A DNA stretch of 50,409 nucleotides from the NCBI GenBank assembly GCA_963753595.1, contig CAVWCX010000009.1, forward strand, positions 1 to 50,409. The letters are read 5' to 3'. This document shows positions 31,601-39,225 of this stretch, in pieces. The notes under the pieces are model-generated. The model saw only the letters and a list, made by a program, of their open reading frames with translations. It was not told the DNA's origin and searched no databases. The position numbers were made by a program, and so were the translations under genes. Positions within the stretch are counted from its first letter, which is position 1. Every line of letters begins with the position of its first letter. Source of the DNA: Candidatus Methanoperedenaceae archaeon. GTDB lineage: Archaea; Halobacteriota; Methanosarcinia; Methanosarcinales; Methanoperedenaceae.

Positions 31601-33547
31601 ATCTTTAGGAGACCGTTTCACAAGGATACCTATAAAGTTTTCACCTACCTCTAAAATTTTTCGGGTAAATTGATAAGCTTCACGTTGCTCAAAGCCTAAT
31701 CCAAAATCATCATCTTTAATAAATTTCTCTACAATAATTATTGCTTCATTTTGATCTATCGATCCTTCTCCAAACTTCTCTTGGATTTGATAAGCTAAAA
31801 GTCCAAAAATTTTCTTAATATCGTCATCATTAAGTTCGATTGAATCGGTTGTTAGAGATGCAGCCCTTCTTCTTCTTTGCGGATGTGTAGAGATTAGATG
31901 CTCTATAAGTGATTCGTAGGCTTTGAATCGACTTTGTGGAAGACTAGCATTATTAAATCTATGATAAATAAGTAGGCAAAGAAGTAGAGGTATTTTCGAT
32001 AATTCTCGAAGGTCTGGTGACATTTGCAGTTCATCGAAAAAAACTTCGCTTTCAGCATCGGCTTGTCGTATAACTTCAGACTCTTCAATTGTCGAACTTT
32101 GATTTAGGTTCTTTATTCTATAGATGAACCAAATCTTCGATAACTGCTTTTGCTGCTCTTCAGAAAAATCACTTAGCTCTCCTAATTTCCATCCTATTTC
32201 TTGCATTCCAAGGCGATCAAAACCATGTGGTCTACTTGTTATTATTGCTGGAACATCACGTTGCTTTATGAAAACCTTAAGCTGGTCCAAGGCTATTTTT
32301 GCAGCTGACTCATTTGTCCACTCATCCAGACCATCCACGAGTAATAAGAGTCTCTCATCTTCTAAGGCTTGTTCAAATAAGGGCCAAAGCCGCTCTTCAT
32401 TCCAATTTTTTAACCAATTGTGAACTAACTCACTCAGTGAACAAGTAGGAGTTGTTTGGTTTGAGATTAATTTTGTCCATAAAGCAAACGGCACCCAAAC
32501 AGGAAGAAATATGCCCCATTTTTGTGAGAGCAAAGTCAATCGTGGCGATTCATGTAATAGGTCGATAGCTATGAAACGCAATAGTGTACTTTTTCCACTT
32601 CCTGGTCCTCCAAGAATAATGTTGTGTTTTGCTATTGATAGCCACTTTTCAACCGATTGTCTTTTCTGATACGTAGAAGTTGATCGTGGCACTATAATTT
32701 TTTGTCTACTGCTTTCAAAAGCCTCATTTTCAAATTGGCTGCTCCCTAATTTGTCCTCATACTTTTCAGTTTCTGGCCTTCCTTCAGAATAAGGAGGTGT
32801 AATTAATCGTCGTTCGTAAATGTCAGGAATAACATATCTCTCCTCCAATGGCAAAACGTTGAGTTCACTCGTCGCGGTTATTGGCAAGCCAGGATCAAAA
32901 GTATTAAATACGTTCCTATAAAACGTTGCACACTTTTTTCGAAAATCAATAACATCTTTAATTTCTAATCTATTTTTCAATTCTTTTGCTTGCACTTCAC
33001 CACAAAATGCGCTTACCCACGCTCTACCGAAAAAATCATCAACAAGTTTTGGAAGGTCTTTCAATTTTATGGATAGTTGATGACTATCCCAGGAAACCAC
33101 TGTTATTCCCTTTTCTTTAAGTAGAGCTTGTTGTGATTCTAGTTCCTCCGCTCTATCTGTTGGAACTAGGCTTTCTTTTGTACATAAAATGAAAGTGTCT
33201 GTCTTGCCGACCCATTCTCCCTCTAAAAATTTCAAAACTGCGTTTCTGATCTTTGTGGGTCCAAAATCATTAACACGCTTGCATTGGTAGACCCAATATT
33301 TATCAGCGAACTTTTTTCGTGCGTAGATGTCGATACCCTCTTGCTTTTGACCACGTATACCATAAAGCTGACAGTGTTCAACGTTGGCTTCTAATCGTGC
33401 CATGCGTAGGCACAATCTCTCAAAATCTTCCCAACTAAGCTCACCAAATGGAAGCTCTTGCTTTCGAGTTTCTACAGGAGGATTAACCTGAGATAGGGGG
33501 GGAGTTTCAAGCCATGATGGAATAGAAGTGTCAATTTGTGTGCTCAT
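28604..33547 (-). CDS. REase(Mrr-like)-NACHT STAND NTPase with long helical C-terminus; probable antiviral defence protein
   Basis: WEDFERLC...QEGID...QCK nuclease motif; GGPGSGKS Walker A; LLVDGLDE Walker B; ITSRP, IPLLL and FFHRVFQEYLSA. Confidence 0.85.
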   Translation of the reverse strand: MSTQIDTSIPSWLETPPLSQVNPPVETRKQELPFGELSWEDFERLCLRMARLEANVEHCQLYGIRGQKQEGIDIYARKKFADKYWVYQCKRVNDFGPTKIRNAVLKFLEGEWVGKTDTFILCTKESLVPTDRAEELESQQALLKEKGITVVSWDSHQLSIKLKDLPKLVDDFFGRAWVSAFCGEVQAKELKNRLEIKDVIDFRKKCATFYRNVFNTFDPGLPITATSELNVLPLEERYVIPDIYERRLITPPYSEGRPETEKYEDKLGSSQFENEAFESSRQKIIVPRSTSTYQKRQSVEKWLSIAKHNIILGGPGSGKSTLLRFIAIDLLHESPRLTLLSQKWGIFLPVWVPFALWTKLISNQTTPTCSLSELVHNWLKNWNEERLWPLFEQALEDERLLLLVDGLDEWTNESAAKIALDQLKVFIKQRDVPAIITSRPHGFDRLGMQEIGWKLGELSDFSEEQQKQLSKIWFIYRIKNLNQSSTIEESEVIRQADAESEVFFDELQMSPDLRELSKIPLLLCLLIYHRFNNASLPQSRFKAYESLIEHLISTHPQRRRRAASLTTDSIELNDDDIKKIFGLLAYQIQEKFGEGSIDQNEAIIIVEKFIKDDDFGLGFEQREAYQFTRKILEVGENFIGILVKRSPKDVGFFHRVFQEYLSAYHLSRLPLAEQLSIVEMHCASPQWRQIILVLFYITKRAEDTKQFIECIRKKRRIVNPIDCYTIDLLLCETAFGEFNCPVGIVRELARESFEQVELGSWMPQRELLLKQILNGLRSIKVKELVKLKLKNWFPCRARWREGIFSAMAKWPRDAEVIECLWKGIHDEESDNKRAAASAIADLAASDSEIGNRISWIAQNAVESKTRAAAIEALLRGWPNHENIEHILEVARRSMSPELRLLAILGRIQRNCQTEEDWKELIHIGSWSTNLDYQWKNDVASALMRGWPNSSETKKACFDALKEAGRDKINLDREYALRILLDDYAQDEEVAEFCINQIKNEKYPFISMHYHDPWSLLAKNFKDHPRIIMAIEEWLPKQEFHEPAVAMAALVGRTPKAKQKLLSSLNSSIPHWPAGALIEGWGMQDIEVADRLTKFAFGSASEASRIGHLLPQIIENKSICRSRLIELLRDPECARHDFVMIGLQTLGNTQGDTEVVDIVLSILSDLKGLQRDTIIARLIACYSSDLRVKDFAKQEVLKRDGSYAAVAWTFGNDEELRKKIIEIACPLPTQLRGVIVAYLKDKSVDDTFAMSLLRLYDYEPDKEIKTQASISYHMRLKALNQDMKSAIEYLSQSIGCYGFDHEERQQAAFCGLAILGRLDVMINFEEAIGKSEPCAISIINSLSPNVPLLRYILQNWDDIKVAFGKELWKMLNKPNYDILNLWDELCQFADEYPSPRNEMLHFLESRNEQNAKPNILRFLSRVRPKSPILLEYCLKILCIGDHRNDFSWNESVVAAELISKNFGGDCDVLTHLMSGSPKDHADEKLILTLCEGWPESEELNSIFEIVTRQKRPLSFATYFQLICRKSSSEFIFKALLKLLSNYERIHRNYSQLITRPILRRLQADDNFSAMLIKHLQNNSNPSEKATFPKLIGASRGMPSELRIWCIEEANRQVSDSECPEVGFDLVVGELRPVIFSLMDAINQQSWVE

Positions 33548-33924
33548 TTTGTGGTTATCTATTTGTGAAAAGATGGATTTATTTCGGTTAATGATTTATG
33601 TTATCTCCTGTTATATTACTTTTCGTTTATCCTCCCAAGTTAATGTAAATTCTTTTCCTATCCATTCATTCAGAACCGAAGAAGGACAAAAATAGAATAT
33701 ACTATTAACAATTCTCCGTTACTGCGGGTAAACCGAACTCTCATGCACCCAAAAGGTGATAGAAAGCCAAAATAACTTTCATATAGTGTAAAATTGGTGC
33801 ATATGATGGGTATTGATTGATACATGAATTATATTTAGGATTTTCGATGAATCTAAATAGTATTGAGTTATGCTAAACTGTGGATAATTTCGAAGCAAGC
33901 TCAGTTAAAGAAGGTGAAGTAAAA

Positions 33925-34164
33925 ATGTATCGTTTCCTTGTAGTGATTGAAAAGGCAAATAAGAACTATTCGGCATATTCACCGGATTTACCGGGATGTG
34001 TGGCTACAGGCGCCACCCGTGAAGAAGCTGAGAATAATATGTATGAAGCTATTGAAATGCATATACAGGGATTACTGGAGGATAAATTTCCTATTCCAGA
34101 ATCAAAGTCATTTGCGGAGTACATAGCTGTTGCTGAAAAATCAGGTGTGGAGCAAACGGCTTAA
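33925..34164 (+). CDS. HicB-family antitoxin (orphan)
   Basis: YSAYSPDLPGCVATGATREEA motif; GGTGA RBS before ATG 33925. Confidence 0.88.
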   Translation: MYRFLVVIEKANKNYSAYSPDLPGCVATGATREEAENNMYEAIEMHIQGLLEDKFPIPESKSFAEYIAVAEKSGVEQTA

Positions 34165-34217
34165 TGACCAGCTCATATCCCAAAATATTTCTTTCTCTAT
34201 TGAATTTCTGTAGCTGA

Positions 34218-34712
34218 ATGGATTCTGAAAAAATGGAACCGCAGATGAACGCAGATGAACGCAGATTAAATGTTTCGTATCAAGAAAAATCCAGGCTATT
34301 CAGCAGTTTAAGGATTGAAGAGCTAAGAATACCACACATAGAGCTTGATTTGATACAGGCGCAACTGGAAGAAAATAAACCATACGAAGCCTGCGGTGTT
34401 CTCATTGGAACTATTGATGGAATGACCGCGCATGTCGAAAAAGCGCTTCCCATAACAAATGTTAAGCGGACGCATAGGAGTTTTGAGCTTGACCCGAAAG
34501 AGCATTATAATGCCTGGAATGAGGCCGAAAAGAACGGCAAGGAAATAGTCGGAGTTTATCACACACATCCTGCCTCTCGCGCTGATCCCTCTCATTGGGA
34601 CGAGGAGACAATGGAAAATGCCCCCTCAGTGTGGCTTATCGCAGGCGCTGATGGGATGAGGGCGTATGTGTGGGAGAATGGTTTGAAAACGGTAAAAATA
34701 ACAGAGACATAG
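34218..34712 (+). CDS. JAB/MPN+ (M67) metalloprotease, desampylase-like
   Basis: EACG plus H-x-H-x7-S-x2-D (HTHPASRADPSHWD). Start uncertain (34218, 34233 or 34245). Confidence 0.88.
   Translation: MDSEKMEPQMNADERRLNVSYQEKSRLFSSLRIEELRIPHIELDLIQAQLEENKPYEACGVLIGTIDGMTAHVEKALPITNVKRTHRSFELDPKEHYNAWNEAEKNGKEIVGVYHTHPASRADPSHWDEETMENAPSVWLIAGADGMRAYVWENGLKTVKITET
34236..34267 (+). repeat. Dispersed 32-bp element, copy 2
   Basis: GAACCGCAGATGAACGCAGATGAACGCAGATT. Confidence 0.85.
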
Positions 34713-34722
34713 GCGTTCTCCA

Positions 34723-34755
34723 TAGAGGGAAACTATTTGAATTAATTTCCCTATA
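34723..34755. terminator. Hairpin after the JAB gene (second copy at 35486-35512)
   Basis: AGGGAAA...TTTCCCT inverted repeat immediately after the stop codon. Confidence 0.5.
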
Positions 34756-35184
34756 GATAATACCATGATAAAACGGGACATGTGGATAGGGATAATAAAA
34801 GATTTCTCCGAATAGGGCTTTCATCACAAATGACTGTAACTCTTTTTGAATGTCCTCTTGCATTTACAATATGATTCTATTTTTCAAACTTCATACGAAT
34901 AGTTGTTCTGCAAGCCTCATAAAGATGTATTTATTTTTTTTCTGTTCATCTGAGTCAGGTTTATCAATTTCTTTTCCAGAGAAAACTGCTTTTATTGATT
35001 TCGTACTTTTTTCGGGAGTATCTAACATGAATCCTCAATATATGTCACTTATTTTTAATTCAACAATGTTGAAAAAGATATTAAAGATTCATGCGTCAAA
35101 AAATTAATATAATAATTATTATTATCCTCTATTGACTTCTGTTTTTATGCTTCCCAGATAGGAAATAAAGGAATTTTGTGGGCT

Positions 35185-35387
35185 TTATTTCATCGCCTTT
35201 TCCAGCCCTTCCATCGCGATCTGGTTTAGCTCTCTTGCCCTTTCCTCTGTTTTTCCCTCAGAGAAAATCCGCACTTTTGGCTCTGTCCCGCTGGCTCTGA
35301 CGGGATTTTTTGTATCAGCCTATCAAGTATCGCATCTGTATTCGTGCCTACGGGCAGTGTCTTTGCATCCTTTATCTGGTGATATTT
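35185..35387 (-). pseudogene. Relic 3' end of a phosphohexomutase paralog
   Basis: KYHQIKDAKTLPVGTNTDAILDRLIQKIP, then a deletion/frameshift, then VRASGTEPKVRIFSEGKTEERARELNQIAMEGLEKAMK*. Matches the end of 36990-38393. Confidence 0.88.
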
Positions 35388-35417
35388 CGGTCTGGCTGAT
35401 GGCATGTGTGGTGGGCA

Positions 35418-35515
35418 GAGGGCGTATGTGTGGGAGAATGGTTTGAAATCGGTTAAAAATAATAGAGGTATAGCGTTCTCCCTGGAGGGAAACAATTTGG
35501 ATTAGTTTCCCTATA
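35418..35515 (+). repeat. Diverged copy of the JAB gene 3' end and its hairpin
   Basis: GAGGGCGTATGTGTGGGAGAATGGTTTGAAA...TTTCCCTATA aligns with 34658-34755. Confidence 0.88.
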
Positions 35516-35527
35516 ACCTTTTTTCTA

Positions 35528-36955
35528 TCATGGCCGCAGGGATTTGAAATCCCTTAAATCAAAAGCCAGATAACCTTTTTCCCTGAGCTTTTCTTTGCCT
35601 TCAATACTTTTCCCGATGATCCCAAAATATTCCACTCTGTCTTTGACTTCCCACAGAACAAATTTTGATTTCTTTTTTAAGATATCCAGAATTTTCTGGG
35701 CTTCACTGGACTTTAGCTCCTGCCACTTGCACTCAATAAAAAGACTTTCCTTTGAGGTTTCATTCAGGGCAAGAAGGTCGATTTCCACTGCTTTTTTTCC
35801 ATCCTCGCCAGGAAAACTGCCCCACCATCTGCCTATTTTATCAAATCTGAATGGAAGAGAGCCTGCATAATTTCGTTTTACACAAAAATCTTTTGATATG
35901 TTCTCGAAAGCTCCTCCTACAAATGCCCCATAATTCTGTGAGAATATGTTTTTTAATTCATCCTCTCTCCCCTGCTCGTAGTAGGATTCATAGCGTTTAA
36001 TAAATGCGAACCAGAATCTCAGAAAATTATCATTCAATCTGTATATCCCAAGTCTCGATTTTCGGGGATCTTCAGTGATCGGTGTTTCTCTTCGAACAAG
36101 CTCATATTCATTTCGCAGGGTGTCAAGATGTCTTGAGGCTGTTCCACTTTTCCCCTCAAATATATTTGCTATTTCACCAACAGTGGTCTTGCCGGAAGCA
36201 ATGGCTTCAAGTATCGAAAAGTAGATTTTGTATTCCCCGCCGAACTCGCTTATCAAAACAGATTTTCCTTCATCTTTCAAAACAGGCATTCTCTGGTCGA
36301 AAAACATAGCATTCATGGCATTTTCGAAATCAAGTGTTTTGAATCGGTCTATATATTCATAATATTTCGGCACGCCGCCAAAAACTGCATAGAACTTGAT
36401 CATTTCCGAAATATCCTTAATGCCAATATCAGAAAGCATCTGCATTACCGTGCTTATGTCCAGAGGAGGAAGTTTCATCATAATATCGGCGCGACCGTAT
36501 AGAGGGTAAGAATAATCACCAAGTATTTTTTTCATCATGGAAAAACTTGAACCGCTTACCAGAACGGATACATTTTTCGCTTTATGTTTATACTCATCGA
36601 TCAATTTCTGGAAATCTGAGTAGATGCTCTTTTCCATATAATAAAAATTCTGGAACTCATCAAAAAAAACATATTTTTTTGTATCAAATAGATACCTAAG
36701 CAAGTCTTGTACACTCGTGAACTTTGGTATTTTTTCGCTTTGCGAAAGCTCATCAAGGAATAAATCCACGGTTTTATCCTTCGGCACGAAAACATAAGCA
36801 TACTCTTTACCTGCCAAGAACTCCTGGACAAGTCTGGTTTTACCAATCCTGCGCCGCCCGTAGATGACTATGAACTTAAAACCCCCGGAGGATGTGAGTT
36901 TGTCCAGGAGAGAGAGTTCTTCCAGGCGGTCGTAGAATTTGAAATCAGTATACAT
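35528..36955 (-). CDS. Archaeal AAA ATPase with wHTH and DUF234/PD-(D/E)xK domain (COG1672)
   Basis: YGRRRIGKT, FFDEFQ, GGVP, DNFLRFWF, GRWW and EIDLLA...IECKW motifs. Confidence 0.9.
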   Translation of the reverse strand: MYTDFKFYDRLEELSLLDKLTSSGGFKFIVIYGRRRIGKTRLVQEFLAGKEYAYVFVPKDKTVDLFLDELSQSEKIPKFTSVQDLLRYLFDTKKYVFFDEFQNFYYMEKSIYSDFQKLIDEYKHKAKNVSVLVSGSSFSMMKKILGDYSYPLYGRADIMMKLPPLDISTVMQMLSDIGIKDISEMIKFYAVFGGVPKYYEYIDRFKTLDFENAMNAMFFDQRMPVLKDEGKSVLISEFGGEYKIYFSILEAIASGKTTVGEIANIFEGKSGTASRHLDTLRNEYELVRRETPITEDPRKSRLGIYRLNDNFLRFWFAFIKRYESYYEQGREDELKNIFSQNYGAFVGGAFENISKDFCVKRNYAGSLPFRFDKIGRWWGSFPGEDGKKAVEIDLLALNETSKESLFIECKWQELKSSEAQKILDILKKKSKFVLWEVKDRVEYFGIIGKSIEGKEKLREKGYLAFDLRDFKSLRP

Positions 36956-36982
36956 GGTATGTAATATACATGTTATGTATAC
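36948..36982. promoter_or_regulatory. Double palindrome TACAT-N3-ATGTA overlapping the ATPase start codon
   Basis: Copies at 36951-36963 and 36967-36979, bounded by GTATAC on both sides. Confidence 0.55.
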
Positions 36983-36989
36983 TAATAGT

Positions 36990-38393
36990 TTATGCTACCA
37001 TCGCCCTCTCCAACCCCTCCATCGCGACCTTATTCAACCTCTCCGCAATATCTTCTGTCTTTCCTTCTGAAAAAATCCTCACCTTTGGTTCTGTACCGCT
37101 TGCCCTCACAAGGAACCAGCCGTCTGCGTAATCCACGCGCACACCATCCATATCAGAGATCCTGTCATAATCTTTTGGTATCTCGGACTTTAACCTCTCA
37201 AGTATCGCATCTGTATTCGTACCTGCGGGCAGTGTCTTTGCATCCTTTATCTGGTGATATTTAGGATAAGTTGCAACGAGTTCTGAAAAAGTCATTTTTT
37301 CCTTCGATAAGATCCCTGCCATAACTCCGGCAAGCATCGGTCCCTCGCGGCTCCATTCGATCAGCACTGAGCCATGCTCTTCAAGGCCAACCTGCGCGCC
37401 GCATAAGAGTTTTGCCTGCGCCAGGTACGGCTCGCCAACAGGTGTAAAGATCACTTCGGCGCCAAGGCTTCCGGCGACATCTTTTATGAGATTTGAGAAT
37501 GCGATCGTCACAGCGATCTTTTTATGTTTATCTTTACATTGCCTCAGTAAATGGTCGGCTAATATTGCAGCAGTTACATCTCCCTGTACGAATTTCCCAT
37601 TCTCATCCACAAATGCGGTCCTGTCGCCATCACCATCATGTGCTACTCCCATATCAGCGCCTTCCTCTACCACAAGTTTCTTGAGTTTTTCAAGATTTGC
37701 ATCTGTGGGTTCAGGATTTCTTTCCCTGAACATGCCGTCATATTTACAATTGAATCTTACCACTTCAAAACCCATTGCTTCAAGCGTTTCCGGTGTCACA
37801 GTTGATGCCGATCCACCCCCGCCATCGACCACAATTTTCATTGGCGCTACCGGGAACATTTTTTTGACATACTGGATAATATGGGCGCGATACCTGTCGC
37901 TTGCCCCTGTGTCATTCAATCGTTTCCCTTTTTTTGCATGAAGTTTTAAGTCCCCAAAATATATTTTCTCAAGAGCAAGGTCTTCTTCAGGTGAAAAACC
38001 CATGCCGATTTTATTTAAACATTTCATGCCATTATATTCAGGAGGATTATGCGATGCCGTTATCATTACACCCGCATCAGCCTGCCTTCCCACTTCCAGG
38101 GATAGCGTGTTCGGGGTAATGATACCCAGAGTTAGCGCATTGCAACCCTGTTCAATTATCCCTTCGATGAGTGCTTCTTCAAGCATGGGTGACGAGATCC
38201 TCGGGTCTTTTCCTATTGCTATTGTTTTCCCGGCGCCCAGATAATCGGCAAGAGCCGCGCCTGTACGTTTTGCTTTTTCGTCCCCCATCCCTTCATTGAC
38301 AACACCACGGAACCCGAATGTTCCGAATAATTTCTTAAGTTTACGGATCTTTTTATATTCATCAAATTTCGAAGTAAAATTTTCGCATGACAT
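36990..38393 (-). CDS. Phosphohexomutase (PGM/PMM/GlmM family)
   Basis: LFGTFGFRG, TASHNP, DGDGDR and RASGTEP motifs; start uncertain. Confidence 0.92.
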   Translation of the reverse strand: MSCENFTSKFDEYKKIRKLKKLFGTFGFRGVVNEGMGDEKAKRTGAALADYLGAGKTIAIGKDPRISSPMLEEALIEGIIEQGCNALTLGIITPNTLSLEVGRQADAGVMITASHNPPEYNGMKCLNKIGMGFSPEEDLALEKIYFGDLKLHAKKGKRLNDTGASDRYRAHIIQYVKKMFPVAPMKIVVDGGGGSASTVTPETLEAMGFEVVRFNCKYDGMFRERNPEPTDANLEKLKKLVVEEGADMGVAHDGDGDRTAFVDENGKFVQGDVTAAILADHLLRQCKDKHKKIAVTIAFSNLIKDVAGSLGAEVIFTPVGEPYLAQAKLLCGAQVGLEEHGSVLIEWSREGPMLAGVMAGILSKEKMTFSELVATYPKYHQIKDAKTLPAGTNTDAILERLKSEIPKDYDRISDMDGVRVDYADGWFLVRASGTEPKVRIFSEGKTEDIAERLNKVAMEGLERAMVA

Positions 38394-38491
38394 GCATTCG
38401 AATTTGTTTTGAATATATTAAATACTTTGATAATTTAATTAGGTAATAACTCTGGTTAGTTATTATCATAAAATACATAACAAGAATAATT

Positions 38492-39127
38492 ATGAACGAA
38501 ATACAAAATAATATAAATAATATTAAAAAAATTATCGATTCCAATAGGGATATTTCAATTCTTGCAGTTACAAAAACAAGAACCTTGGATGAAATAAATC
38601 TTGCAATTGATGGAGGGATATTAAACATAGGCGAGAACTATGTGGAAGAGGCTTATGAAAAATATCCATATATAACTTCAGTTAATGTAAAAAAACATTT
38701 CATCGGGCATCTACAAAGTAATAAAGCTAAAAGAGCTGTTGAAATATTTGATGTAATTCAAACCATTGATTCAATAAAACTCCTGGAAAAGATCGATAGC
38801 TTAGGCAAGAAAATAGATGTTATGTTCCAGGTAAATACTTCTTCGGATTCTAATTATCATGGAATTTATTTTGACGAATTTGATGATTTTTACAAAAATG
38901 TCCTGGAATTACAACTTAAAAATGTGAATATTACAGGCCTTATGACCATTGCATCAAAGGATGATCCCAGGACTTGTTTTAAAAGACTTTTTAATATTAA
39001 ACAAAAAACAAAACTTGATGTATTGTCTATGGGAATGAGTCATGATTATGAAATAGCAATTGAAGAAGGCGCGACAATGATCAGGTTAGGAACTAAAATA
39101 TTTGGAAATCGAAAAATCAATAAATAA
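38492..39127 (+). CDS. yggS: YggS/PLPBP pyridoxal-phosphate homeostasis protein
   Basis: AVTK, GENYVEE, HFIGHLQSNK, LSMGMS and IRLGTKIFG motifs; visibly AT-rich. Confidence 0.92.
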   Translation: MNEIQNNINNIKKIIDSNRDISILAVTKTRTLDEINLAIDGGILNIGENYVEEAYEKYPYITSVNVKKHFIGHLQSNKAKRAVEIFDVIQTIDSIKLLEKIDSLGKKIDVMFQVNTSSDSNYHGIYFDEFDDFYKNVLELQLKNVNITGLMTIASKDDPRTCFKRLFNIKQKTKLDVLSMGMSHDYEIAIEEGATMIRLGTKIFGNRKINK

Positions 39128-39142
39128 TGAATAAATTAGATG

Positions 39143-39204
39143 TTTCAACAATGATTTTAACAATGACTTTTAACAATGATCTTTAACAATGATTTTTAAC
39201 AATG
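39143..39204. repeat. Five tandem copies of a 12-13 bp unit with core AACAATG
   Basis: Cores start at 39147, 39159, 39172, 39185 and 39198. Confidence 0.93.
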
Positions 39205-39225
39205 CTCTTATAATCTTTTGAGTAT

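Noticed and set aside
28604-34712. NACHT plus JAB as a CBASS/Bil-like ubiquitin defence operon
   Set aside because: The genes are divergent, no E1/E2/Ubl or cyclase is present, and the JAB looks like a stand-alone desampylase.
34760-35110. Gene between the JAB hairpin and the phosphomutase relic
   Set aside because: Only short broken AT-rich frames with no recognisable motif; may be a remnant but cannot be supported.
35226-35495. 89-aa ORF as a real gene
   Set aside because: It is a chimera of the antisense JAB-tail copy and the frameshifted phosphomutase relic.
39143-39204. CRISPR array
   Set aside because: Units are 12-13 bp and contiguous with no spacers; no cas genes in the window.
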